DNA of 64,000 nt from an uncultured Thermoleophilia bacterium (lineage in GTDB: Bacteria > Actinomycetota > Thermoleophilia > UBA2241): NCBI GenBank assembly GCA_963700035.1, contig CAVOWE010000021.1, positions 47,441 through 111,440 of the forward strand. The letters run 5' to 3'. Positions 47,748 through 57,939 of this stretch are shown here, one piece after another. The translations under genes were made by a program, and so were the position numbers. The notes beneath the pieces were generated by a model. That model searched no databases and had not been told where the DNA came from. It worked only from the letters and a program-made list of their open reading frames with translations. Within the stretch, counting starts at the first letter, position 1; each line of letters starts with the position of its first letter.

Positions 47748-50667
47748 TCAGGCGTCGCCGGCGAGCCGTCGCAGGTAGTGCTCGACGACGGCCGGGATCT
47801 CCTCCGGGGCGGCTTCGACGACCTCGAGCTTCGGCAGGCTGTCGATGAAGTCACGGCGGTAGTTCTTCTGCGTGAGCCGATGGTCGAGCACGACCACCAC
47901 GCCGGTGTCGGTCTCGGTGCGGATGAGGCGCCCGAAGCCCTGGCGGAACTTGAGCACGGCTTCGGGCAGGTAGAACTTGTCGAACCACCGTTCGCCGGCC
48001 TCGTCACAGGCACGTCGCCGGGCGTGGAACAAGGGGTCCTGGCGGGGGAACGGCAGTTTGGCGATGACGAGGCAGGTGAGCGTGTCGCCGGGGAAGTCCT
48101 GACCGGTCCAGAGGGTATCGACGCCGAGCAGGATCGTCTCCGGGTGGGTGCGGAACTCCTCGGCCAGGGCGGCCGCGCTGCCGTGCAGACCCTGGGCCAG
48201 CACGAGGACGCCGTCGTCCTCCAGGTGCGCCCCGACCTCGGCCGCCACCAGGTTCATGTCGCGCTTGTTCGTGAACAGTGCCAGCGTGCGGCCGCCGGTC
48301 ACTTCGGCGAGGCGCTTGAGCCGCTCGCCCTGGCGCTGCGCCAGCGCATCCGGCCGCCAGGCGCCGTCGGGGTCGTGCTCCAGCACGAGCACCGCCTGGC
48401 GGCCGAAGTCGAAGGGCGAAGGGAAGATGCGCTCCACGACGTCGAGGTCCGCGTCCAGGCCGGTCATGTCGCGGAAGTACGCGAACGAGCCGGCTACCGT
48501 GAGAGTCGCGCTCGTGAGGACGGCGCTGCGCAAGCGGTCCCAGAGCGCCCCGCGCACCTGACGCGCCGGCGTGAGCGGCGTGCGCGTGAGCGTCCAGCGC
48601 GCCGCGCGCGGGGCGCCGGGGCCGGAGGCGCCGCGCCAGGCGGCCTCGATCTCGCCCCAGACGACGGCCTCCGCGCCGCCGCTGTCGGGCAGTTCGGCGA
48701 GCAGCGCGGCGCAGGTCGCCGCATCCTCGGCGAGCGCGATCACGGCGGCACGCTCGCGGTGCTCTTCGGGGAGCGCCTCGGCGGCCGGCGCCACGCCTGC
48801 CGCCAGAGAAGTGAGCCCCTCGGCGAGCAGGCCGGCGGCGATCGCGAACGGGTCCCACGCGGGATGCTCGCGAAGCCCCGGCGTGATCCACACGGTCTGG
48901 TTGTAGTCGGCGCCCGCGGCGCCCCGGCGGCCGCCGGGGCGCTCGCCGGGCTCGGCGTCATCGTCGCGGGCCGCGAGACCCAGCTGCGCGAGCGTCCCGC
49001 CGACGGCGAGCACCAGGTCGGGCAGCAGCTCCGCGGCCCGTTCGCACGAATCGGCCGCGGCCACCAGGGCGCGCGCCGCGCCGGGCTCGGCGCGCCGCGC
49101 GGCCGCGCGCAGGCGCTGTGGGAGCGACCGTTGCCGGCGACGGCCGCGCAGGTCGGCCAGCAACAGGTCGATGGCGACCGCGTCCACCTCCTCGCTGAAG
49201 GCCTCGGTGGCTTCGTGATACAGGAGGTGCGCCTCGTCGATGACCACGTCCTCGAAGGGCGGAAGCGTGTCGGGGCCGGTGAGCAGCAGGGCGTGGTTGA
49301 CGCACAGCAGATGCGCCGCTTCGGCGCGGCTGCGGGCCAGCCGCCAGTGGCAGCCGCGCCGGGACGGGCAGTGTCGCCCGAGGCAGGTGGCCCGCGACGA
49401 GCGCAGCTCGCGGGCCAGCTCGGCGAGGGCGGGCAGCTCCCGCGAGGCCCTGTACGGCAGGGCGGAGAGATCGACCTCGCCGCGGCGCGCCCGACCGACG
49501 AGGTAGGCGAGCGCCAGAGAGCGCTCGTGATCCGGCAGCGTGTCGCTCTCGGCGGCCACGGCTTCGTCGAGTCGCCGCCGGCAGATGTAGTTCTCCCGGC
49601 CCATGAGCAGCGCCCAGCGCCAGCCCGGCGGCAGCGCCTCCGCCACGAGAGGCAGCTCGTGCGCGGCCAGCTGCCGCTGCAGGGCCTTGGTCTTGGTGCT
49701 CACCACGACGCGGCGGCCGGCGGAGGCGCTGGCGAAGGCCGCCGGCAGCAGGTACGCCAGGCTCTTGCCCATGCCGGTGCCGGCCTCGAAGAGGCCGACG
49801 CCGCCGCCGGCGAAGATGTCGGCGGAGGCGTGGGCGAGCTGCGCCTGGCCCGGCCGGTGGCGGAAGCCGGGGAGTCGCGCGGCCAGGCCCGGCTCGCCGG
49901 GAGCGGACCGGTGCTCTCCCTCGCCCTCGGCGCCGTCGGCCGTCCCATCGTCCGCGCCGATCCCCAGCTCGGCACGCCAGCCGTCGGCGTCGACCGGCAG
50001 GACGGTAAGCGTACCTGCGCCGCCCCGCGACTCGTCCGCGACGACCGGCGGGGGCGGCTTCGTCCGGCGCCGTCCTGAACCGGTCGAGCAGCTCGAGCGG
50101 CGCCCAGCGGACGGACGTCAGCAGCCCTCGCTCCTCGGCGCCCAGGCCGGCGGCCCGGGCACAGAGGCGTTTGAGCACGTCGGCCGCCGTCTCCGCGTCG
50201 GGGAGCGCGCGGTGCGCCTGTCGCTCGATGCCGAGCTCGGCGGCGAGGATGACCAGCGCGTGCCGGTCGAGCTCCGGATACAGCAGAAGGGCGGCTTCGA
50301 GCGTGTCGAACCACGCGTTGGCAAGTGGCGGCAGGTCCGCCCTGCGGGCGCCGGCCGCCAGGTGGTCGCGATCGAAGGCGACGTTGTGGCCGGCGAGCAC
50401 CGCGTCGCCGGCGAACTCGCGCAGGGCCGCGAACGCCTCGCGGAACGGGGGGGCGCCGCGCACGTCCGCGTCGGCGATGCCGACCAGCCGCGTGATGAAC
50501 AGCGGGATCGGCACGCCGGGATCGACGAGCGTCACGAAACGGTCGCACACCTCGAGGTCGGGGCCGAGACGCACGGCGCCGATGTCGATGATGCGGTCGC
50601 GCTCCGGGTCCAGACCGGTGGTCTCGGTGTCGAGCACGACGAGCTGGGGAAGAGCGGCCTCGGGCAT
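47748..50667 (-). pseudogene. dinG: DnaQ-like 3'-5' exonuclease fused to DinG/XPD-family helicase, one frame break in a G5/C5 run near 50050-50054
   Basis: The exonuclease motifs are VLDTETTG, HNVAFD and HRALPDAE. The helicase motifs are EAGTGMGKS, VIDEAH and the Fe-S Cys cluster YIC...CLGRHCPSRRGC. The two halves are contiguous if one C is added in GCCGCCCCCGCC. Confidence 0.8.
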
Positions 50668-50765
50668 GGCCTCAGGATAGCAGAGGGGGCGGGGCGGACC
50701 GTGGCGCGAAGGGCTGGTGTGGGGGAGACACGGGCGGTCGTCCGGCGGGGCGCGGCCCCGAGGCT

Positions 50766-51848
50766 TCAGGTGGCGGGCAGACCCGCGAGCGCGCCGGCGG
50801 CGATGGCGGCGATCAGACCGAGCAGCTCGGCCTGGCCCTCGCCGGCGGCGCGGCTCAGGGTGAGGGTCAGCGCGAGCTGGCTCTCTCCGCAGGGCGTCGT
50901 CGAGACGATCACGTGGGCCGCGTCTGTCTGCGTGGTGCGGCCGCCTCCGGAGCCGGTCGTGGCGCCCGTCGCGCCGGCGGCGGACCCGTCGCAGCTCGCC
51001 ACGCAGGAAAGCGCGTCGAGTGCCCGCGCGGCCAGGTCGGCCGCCGCCTGGAGGACGCCGGCCGGCGAGGCCTGGCTCAGGAGGGCCGAGTGCCCGGCGG
51101 CGATCTTCTCGATCGCGTGACGGAGGGCGAGCACGTCCCGGTCGCTGCTCTTGAGCTGCGCGAACACCTTGGCGTTGTGCATGGCCACCGCGGCCTGACC
51201 GGCGAGGGCGTTGGCGAGGCGCATCTCCTGGCGGCTGAAGCGCCGTTCGCGCTGATGGTCGATGACCTCGAGCAGCCCGATTGCCTGGCCCTGGTGGATC
51301 ATCGGGAGGATCAGGAGGCACTTGTCGCCGTCGCGGCGCATGATCGCGACCTCGGCCGCGTCGGCGTGCGGATCGGCCACGTTCACGGTGATGCTCTCGT
51401 GATCATCGATGGCCTTGCGGGCCATCGGGAACTGGTTGAGCGTGTAGGTCATGGTGTCGACCTTGCGGTTGCCCAGATTGTCGTACTCGGCCTGCACCGA
51501 GACCGTGCGCGTGGCGGCGTCGTACTCGGAGATCACGCACATGTGGGCGTCGAGCAGGGTGGTCATCTGCTTGGCGATCTCGCGCAGGAGCTCGGGGACC
51601 TCGAGGCGGCTGGAGACGGCGATGGCGGTCTCGACCAGCGTCTCCAGCTCGCGCTCGCGGGCGAGGCGGGCGGCGAGATGGTTGCTCCCCCCGATGAGAT
51701 GGGTGAGCTCGTCGATGTCTTCCTGCTTGATGCGCCGGTGGCCGCCGGCTGTACGCGTGCAGGGCAGAAAACCGGAGGCCGTCCAGCGGCGGATGGTGTG
51801 CGGCGACACGCCCAAGCGTCGCGCGGCCAGCTGTACGCTCAGATACAT
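50766..51848 (-). CDS. Excisionase/MerR-type HTH + GAF domain regulator, paralogue 1
   Basis: The start is ATG 51848 (MYLSVQLAARRLGVSPHTIRRW), which aligns with the paralogue-2 start. The GAF-like core is LLILPMIHQGQAIGLLEVID. Confidence 0.75.
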   Translation of the reverse strand: MYLSVQLAARRLGVSPHTIRRWTASGFLPCTRTAGGHRRIKQEDIDELTHLIGGSNHLAARLARERELETLVETAIAVSSRLEVPELLREIAKQMTTLLDAHMCVISEYDAATRTVSVQAEYDNLGNRKVDTMTYTLNQFPMARKAIDDHESITVNVADPHADAAEVAIMRRDGDKCLLILPMIHQGQAIGLLEVIDHQRERRFSRQEMRLANALAGQAAVAMHNAKVFAQLKSSDRDVLALRHAIEKIAAGHSALLSQASPAGVLQAAADLAARALDALSCVASCDGSAAGATGATTGSGGGRTTQTDAAHVIVSTTPCGESQLALTLTLSRAAGEGQAELLGLIAAIAAGALAGLPAT

Positions 51849-51854
51849 GAGCAG

Positions 51855-51883
51855 ACCGTACCGAGGAACCTCTGCAGCGTCAA
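51855..51883 (-). promoter_or_regulatory. Promoter giving a leaderless transcript for HTH-GAF paralogue 1
   Basis: TTGACG (51883-51878), a 17-nt spacer, then TACGGT (51860-51855), then 6 nt before ATG 51848. Confidence 0.5.
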
Positions 51884-52030
51884 CCGCGGCGAAGTTTCCC
51901 ACGCGCAGCGCGCGAAGTTCCAGGACGTGCGACGGGAGGGAAATACCCTGCTAGAAAGAGATATTCCGCGAACCGCGTGAGCAGGTCACGTGTGGGTTTT
52001 GGCGCCTTTCGTTCCGCGTGCCGGGAGATC

Positions 52031-53129
52031 TCAGCGGGCGGCGCCCTCCGGTAGCACCACTGCCGCGGTCGCCGCCGCCACGAAGCCGAGGAGCTCCGTC
52101 TGGCCCTCGCCGGGCGGCTCGCAGAACGTGACGGCGAGCGTGAGGTCGGAGCGCCCTGAGGGGTCGCGCGCCACCACGAGACTCGCATTGGCGCCGCGCT
52201 TTGCATCGGCGGCTTGCGGGACGGGCGGCGAGTCGGCCGGCGCCGAAGGCGCCGGCGCTCTTGCCGCCGACGCTGGCGACGCACGAGATGGCGCCGAAGG
52301 CTTCGCACACGGCGCCGGCCACGGCGTCCAGGACCCCCGGGTCGCCGCGCCCTGCGGCGCTCACCGCCGGCACCCGTGAGGTGAGTTCGCTGAGCACGCG
52401 GCGCAGGCTGGACACGTCCTCGTCGCTGCGCCGCCGTTCGGCGAACAGCTTGGCGTTCTTGATGGCGACTGCCGCCTGTCCGGCGATGGCCCCGGCCAGA
52501 CGGAGCTCCTGACGCGAATACTGGCGGGACCGCTTCTGGTCGACGACCTCGACGATCCCGATGGTGTCGCCCTGCACGATGAGCGGCACCATCAGGAGGC
52601 TGCGATCGCCCTCGCGGCGCAGCTCCGCGACCTCGGCCGCGTCCGCGTTGGGGTCGTCGACGTTGACGATCGCCGTGGTCTGGTCCTGCAGCACGCGGCG
52701 CGTGAGAGGGAACGCGCGCAGCTTGTAGGGGCTGGCGTCCGGGAGGCGCCGCCCCGCATGGTCGTACTCCGCGAGCGTGACGAGGCCCTCGGCCTCGGCG
52801 TCGTACTCGGAGATGGCGCAGAAATGACAGTCCAGCAGGCTGGTCATGCGCATCGCGATCTCGTGCAGGAGCTCAGTGAGGTCGATCTTGCCGGCAAGCG
52901 CGATGGAGGTGTTGATGAGCACGTCCACCTCGCGCTCGCGAGCTGCCTGCGCGGCCAGGTGGTTGCTGTTGCCGATGGCCTTGGCGAGGTCGTCGATGTC
53001 GTGATCGTCGATGCGGCGGTGGCCGCCGGCGGTGCGCGTGCAGGGGAGGAAGCCGGTCGCGGTCCAGCGGCGGATCGTGACCGGCGACACACCGAGCCGC
53101 CGCGCGGCCTGCTGGACGCTGAGTAACAT
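52031..53129 (-). pseudogene. Excisionase/MerR-type HTH + GAF domain regulator, paralogue 2, frame broken near 52235
   Basis: It starts MLLSVQQAARRLGVSPVTIRRW. After SCVASVGGKSAGAFGAG, a second frame encodes a tail homologous to paralogue 1: DSPPVPQAADAKRGANASLVVARDPSGRSDLTLAVTFCEPPGEGQTELLGFVAAA. That frame ends at TGA 52031-52033. Confidence 0.75.
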
Positions 53130-53135
53130 GGGCAG

Positions 53136-53164
53136 AAGGTAGCCGTGCTGCTGTGGGAAGTCAA
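53136..53164 (-). promoter_or_regulatory. Promoter giving a leaderless transcript for HTH-GAF paralogue 2
   Basis: TTGACT (53164-53159), a 17-nt spacer, then TACCTT (53141-53136), then 6 nt before ATG 53129. Confidence 0.5.
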
Positions 53165-53328
53165 CTACGAGTAACTTTCAGCTCATACGCAGAACAACTT
53201 TCTGCAGCACTATGCCCTGTAAAAGCTGTCTTTCGTCTGCAATACTCGATGAGATCTGACAGCCGGCCTGGTGGGACTCTGGTCGAGGGGCCCCGGGGCC
53301 GGAAGTGCGAGGCGTGAGGGGTGGGAGC

Positions 53329-54516
53329 ATGCGAGTCCTTCAACTTGGGGTCGGCGCAGTGGGCGAGGTGAACGCGCGGGTGGTCGCCAGGGAGCCGGCG
53401 GTCGAGGCCGTCGTCCTGGCGGATATCGACGAGAGCCGGCTGCGCGAGGTCGCCGCGAAGCTGCCGCCGGGCAAAGCCGAGACGCTCGTGCTCGACGCCT
53501 CCGACCGCGTGGCCCTGGTGAAGGCCGCGACGGGCGTCGACTTCGTCCTCAACGCCTTGGCCACGGCCTGGGACATCCCGGTCATGGAGGCCTGCCTGGA
53601 GGCCGAGCGGCACTACCTCGACATGGGCACCGGCGGACCGCGGGAGATCACGGGCACCGCCGACCTCGACGAGCAGTTCGCGCTCCACGAGGAGTTCGAG
53701 AAGCGCGGACTCGCCGGCCTCGTGTCCTTCGGCATCGACCCGGGCGTGAGCGACGTGTTCGCGCGCGCCCTGCACGACGAGTTCGACACCGTCGAGTCGC
53801 TCACGGTGCTGGACGGCGACAACGGCACCGTGGACGGCTACGAGCTGGCGTGCTCGTTCTCGGTCGAGACGATGATCGAGGAGTGCCTGCTGCCGCCCTG
53901 CGTCTTCCGGGACGGCAGAGAGGAGCGCAACGAGCCCCTCTCCGTCTTCAGGGAGTTCGAGTTCCCGGAGCCGGTCGGCAAGCTCATGCTGTGCAACGTC
54001 GATCACGAGGAGTCGCAGCTCATGCCGATGTTCCTCGGCGACAAGGGGCTCAAGCACGCCGGCTTCTTCATCGGCCTGGACGAGCGCTTCGTGGAGGCGC
54101 TGCAGTCTTCAGGATCCTCGGCCTCAATCAGCGCGAGCCGGTCGACTTCCGGGGCCACATGATCTCGCCCATCCAGTTCGTCGCCGTCGCGCTTCCCGCG
54201 GCCGGTCGACCTCGCCGGCAAGCTGCACGGCGCCGTCTGCGTCGGCACGCTCTGCGAAGGCACGATCGGAGGCGCGCCGCTGCGACGCTTCCGCTATCAG
54301 ACCACCTCGCACGACGAGTCGTGGGAGAAATGGGGCGTACAGGGCACGGCCTTCCAGACCGGCGCCTCGGCGGCGTGCGCCGTCACCCAGTTCGCCCGAG
54401 GGGAGATCCTGCAGCGTGGCATCGTGGCTCCCGAGCAGCTCGACCCGACGGCCTTCATGGCCGAGATGGAGAAGGTGGGACTGGCGGTCGGGGTGACGGA
54501 TCTGCCGGCTGATTGA
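53329..54516 (+). pseudogene. Saccharopine dehydrogenase-family NAD-binding oxidoreductase, two frame breaks (~54104 and ~54190)
   Basis: It starts MRVLQLGVGAVGEV. About 85 nt (VFRILGLNQREPVDFRGHMISPIQFV) read in another frame. The original frame then resumes (PVDLAGKLHGAVCVGT...) and runs to TGA 54514-54516. Confidence 0.7.
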
Positions 54517-54616
54517 CCGACTCAGCCGGGTCAGCGACCGGGGCGCCGACCGGCACACCGCGCACTGTGCGCCGGGACGGCTGCGCCGGCCACGCCGACT
54601 CCGATAGCATGAGGGC

Positions 54617-55886
54617 GTGCCGGCCCGCCTGAAACGCTCCCTGCTGGAGCTCCGCTCCTTCCCCGGTCAGTTCTGGGTGCTGACCGGCGGCATCTTCATC
54701 TACGTGGCGGCGGCCGCGCTCTGCCTTCCCCTTCGAAGGCATCTACCTGCACAGGGAGCTCGGCGTCTCCATGTCGATGATCGGCGTGGTGTTCGGCCTC
54801 GTGCCGGTCGCCGTCATGCCGATGCAGTTCTGGGGCGGGCAGCTCACCGACCGGCTCGGCCGCCGCTGGGTGATCATGCTCTCGGTGAGCATGGGCGTGG
54901 TCTGGTTCGCCGGGTTCGCGTTCGTCACCCAGGTCTGGCAGGTGGCCCTGCTGGTCGCCGTCGAGAGCTCGCTGGGATGGCCGCTGTTCCAGACGGCGAG
55001 CAATGCGATGATCGCCGACCTCCTTCCGCCCGAGAAGCGGCAGGAAGCGTTCAGCGTCAGCCGCGTGGCGATGAACCTGGGCGTCGTCGTGGGTCCGGCA
55101 GCGGCCGGCCTGGCTCTCGGCCTGGGCGTGACCTTCCGCGAGCTGTTTCTCGCCGCCGCCGCGGGCTGCGCGCTGATGGTGGCGATCATGTTCTTCTCGA
55201 TCCGTGAGAGCCGCCCGGCGAGCGCCACGGCACCGCAGAAGCACCGCGACGCGCAGGGACGCAGCGGCTACCGCATCGTCTTTCACGACCGCGTGTTCAT
55301 CGTGTTCTGCCTGGTCGCCGTGCTGCCCGTGTTCTGCATCGGCAACTTCGGGTCGATCTACTCGGTCTACATCACCGACTTCCTCGGCGTTCCCTATGGG
55401 GAGTGGGGGATGCTGCTGGCCCTCAACGCCTTCATCGTCGCCACGGTCCAGTACCCGCTGGTGCGCGCCACGCGTTTCAAGAACCGCATGGTCCTGCTGG
55501 CCATCGCCAGCGCCGCGCTGGCGATCGGGATCGGCGGCTCGGCCTTCGCCTGGTCGCTGTGGTCGCTGATCATCCTCATCGTCGTGATGAGCGTCGGCGA
55601 GACGCTCCTCTCGCCGGTGGCCTCGGCCGAGGTGTCAGACCTGGCTCCCGAGGCCGTCCGCGGCCGCTACATGGGCGTGTGGACGGTCGCCTGGAACGGC
55701 GGCGCCGCGCTCGGGCCGGCCTTCGGCGGCTGGGCCATGGACGCCTTCGGCGGGCGTCAGGCGTTCGCGATCCTGCTCGTCGAGGGGTTGGTCGGGGCCG
55801 GCCTGTTCCTGGCGCTGGCGCCCGGCTGGAAGCGGCGGCGGGACAAGACCCCGCAGACGGGGCGCCGGCGCCCCGAGGTGGCCTGA
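54617..55886 (+). pseudogene. MFS transporter, paralogue 1, frame broken at 54725
   Basis: The N-terminus is FPGQFWVLTGGIFIYVAAAALC. One extra nt follows, then FPFEGIYLHRELG continues in the frame of ORF 54771-55886. It aligns with FPGQFWLVFAATFFYLGSSAIVFPFFGIY in paralogue 2. Confidence 0.8.
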
Positions 55887-55889
55887 CCC

Positions 55890-57311
55890 GTGCCTCGCCG
55901 CCTCGCCGGCCGGGCGCGCAGGGCCTACGGCAGCTTCCCCGGGCAGTTCTGGCTGGTGTTCGCGGCGACGTTCTTCTATCTGGGCAGCTCGGCCATCGTC
56001 TTTCCGTTCTTCGGCATCTACATGACGGAGCGCCTCGGCATCTCCCGCACCCTGGCCGGCGTCGTGCTCGGCGCCTCCAGTCTCGCCGGCCTGCCCATGC
56101 AGCTCTTCGGCGGCGCGTGGGCGGACCGCCGCGGGCGGCGCGGCGTGATGCTGTTCTCGCTCGTCGCCAGCGCCCTCGTGTCGTTCGGATTGGCGGCCGT
56201 CACGACCATCTGGCAGGCCGTCCTCCTGGTGCTGCTCAACGGCGCCTTCGGCTGGCCGCTCTTCCTGACGGCCAGCAACGCCATGGTCGCCGATCTCGTG
56301 GATCAGGACCGCACCGCGGAGGCCTACGGCATCGTCCGCGTCGCCGTCAACGCCGGTGTGGTGGCGGGGCCGGCGGTGGCGGGCTTCGCCCTGGCCGCCG
56401 GCGTCTCGTTCGCCTGGCTCTTCGGCGTCGCGGGGCTGGGCTGCGCGGCCCTCTTCGCCGTGCTGCTCGTGCGCCTTGCCGAGACTCGGCCCGAGCCCGC
56501 GGCCGTGCTCACCTCGGCCGGACCGCTCGATGCGGCCGAAGCCATCGCCGCCGCGGCGGAGCGTCTGGTGCCGCCCGTCGTCGAGGAGGCGCGCGCCGCG
56601 GCGCCGGCCGGCGCGCCCGCCGCGGCGGCGCCGGCGCGGACGCGCGCCGCTCCCGCCTCAGGCTACGCCGTCATCCTGCGCGACCGCACGTTCCTCATCT
56701 TCTGCCTGGTGTCGCTGTTGCCGTTGTTCTGCTACGGGCAGATCGTGTCCACGTTCCCGGTCTATCTGACCCAGTTCCTGCACCTGCCGCTGGAGCAGTG
56801 GGGCCTGCTGCTCTCCCTCAATGCGGTGCTCGTCGTGGTGCTCCAGTATCCGCTGGTGCGCCGCCTGCGGGGACGCGACGACATCAGACTCCTGGCTCTG
56901 GCCAGCGCCCTGCTCGCGATAGGTATCGGCGGTGCGGCGCTGGTGTTCGGCCTCTGGCAGCTCTGGCTCCTGATGATCCTCTTCAGCGTCGGCGAGATGC
57001 TGTTCGTGCCGCTGTCGACGAGCCTCGTCTCGGGGATGAGCACGCTGGAGGAGCGCGGCCGCTACATGGGCGCCTGGAGCCTGGTCTGGATCGGCGGGCA
57101 GGCGCTCAGCCCGCTCTACGCCGGCTGGGGGATGGACGCCCTCGGCGGGCGCGCAGCCTTTCTCGTCGTCCTGGCGGCCGGCCTGGCCGGCGCCGCGCTC
57201 TACCCGCTGCTCTGTCGGGGTGTGAGGGAGCGGGAGAGCCAGCGGCGGGCGTCACCAGCCGCCGCTCCCGGCGCGTCACCGCCCGCCGCTCCCGGCGCGT
57301 CGTCTTCCTGA
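55890..57311 (+). CDS. MFS transporter, paralogue 2
   Basis: It starts at GTG 55890, 3 nt after the upstream stop. The layout is 12-TM-like, with a long Ala/Pro-rich central loop. Confidence 0.85.
   Translation: MPRRLAGRARRAYGSFPGQFWLVFAATFFYLGSSAIVFPFFGIYMTERLGISRTLAGVVLGASSLAGLPMQLFGGAWADRRGRRGVMLFSLVASALVSFGLAAVTTIWQAVLLVLLNGAFGWPLFLTASNAMVADLVDQDRTAEAYGIVRVAVNAGVVAGPAVAGFALAAGVSFAWLFGVAGLGCAALFAVLLVRLAETRPEPAAVLTSAGPLDAAEAIAAAAERLVPPVVEEARAAAPAGAPAAAAPARTRAAPASGYAVILRDRTFLIFCLVSLLPLFCYGQIVSTFPVYLTQFLHLPLEQWGLLLSLNAVLVVVLQYPLVRRLRGRDDIRLLALASALLAIGIGGAALVFGLWQLWLLMILFSVGEMLFVPLSTSLVSGMSTLEERGRYMGAWSLVWIGGQALSPLYAGWGMDALGGRAAFLVVLAAGLAGAALYPLLCRGVRERESQRRASPAAAPGASPPAAPGASSS
57249..57296 (+). 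repeat. Tandem 24-nt duplication at the 3' end of the MFS gene
   Basis: GCGTCACCAGCCGCCGCTCCCGGC is followed directly by GCGTCACCGCCCGCCGCTCCCGGC (2 mismatches). Together they encode ASPAAAPG-ASPPAAPG. Confidence 0.85.
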
Positions 57312-57318
57312 AGGCCGC

Positions 57319-57840
57319 CTACAGATCGAGCGCGCTCTGCAGGTCGCGGGCGTGCTCCTCCTCGATGACGAGGATGTCTTCGAGCGCACGGCGCAGGCCG
57401 TACTCCTGCAGCATCTCGGCCTGACCTATGCGCTCGCGATAGCGGGCGATGGCGTCGAGCTCGCCCTCGAGGTCCTGCTCCAGCATGACCTTCGAGTCCG
57501 GTGAGATGTGGATGTCGGCGACGTCGACGTCGGGCACGCCGCCGAGGAAGTCGATCTGATCGCTCAAGGTGGTCGCGTGCTGATGCTCCTCGTTGGAGTG
57601 CACGGTGAGCTCGGCCGAGATGGCGTCATACTGCGGCCCGGTGATGACGGACGCGTGCTGCACGTACTGGATCAGCGCCGCATACTCCTTGGCGAGGTCC
57701 TTGTTGAGCTCGTCGATGAGCTGCGCTTTGGTGAGCCTGCGGGGCGCCGCGGGCTCCGCGGCCGTGGAGGCCGGAGCCGTCTTGGAGGTACTCGTGCGGA
57801 TCGTCTTCCTGGTGGCCTTCTTGGCGGCTGGTTTCGCCAC
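57319..57840 (-). CDS. Ferritin-like (bacterioferritin/Dps-type di-iron) protein with Lys/Ala/Pro/Thr-rich N-terminal tail
   Basis: The start is GTG 57840, with AAAGGAGA 5 nt upstream. The tail is AKPAAKKATRKTIRTSTSKTAPAST. The four-helix ligand contexts are LAKEYAALIQY, NEEHQHATTL, LEGELDAIARY and IEEEHARDL. Confidence 0.7.
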   Translation of the reverse strand: MAKPAAKKATRKTIRTSTSKTAPASTAAEPAAPRRLTKAQLIDELNKDLAKEYAALIQYVQHASVITGPQYDAISAELTVHSNEEHQHATTLSDQIDFLGGVPDVDVADIHISPDSKVMLEQDLEGELDAIARYRERIGQAEMLQEYGLRRALEDILVIEEEHARDLQSALDL

Positions 57841-57939
57841 GCTGGTCTCCTTTCGGTGGGTGACCCCGGTGGGGCCGGCGCGTTCCGCGTCGGCGTTTCC
57901 CACTAGGGTACGCCCGAAAACGGCCGGCTGCACCGCGTC

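Noticed and set aside
47703-50078. A 791-aa ORF on the + strand.
   Set aside because: It is a shadow ORF antisense to the DinG helicase, with the same compositional bias and no motifs.
50668-50720. A leaderless-type promoter for the exonuclease-DinG gene (TATCCT 6 nt before ATG 50667).
   Set aside because: The -10-like hexamer is plausible, but the hexamer 17 nt upstream bears no resemblance to a -35. It is too weak to annotate as a feature.
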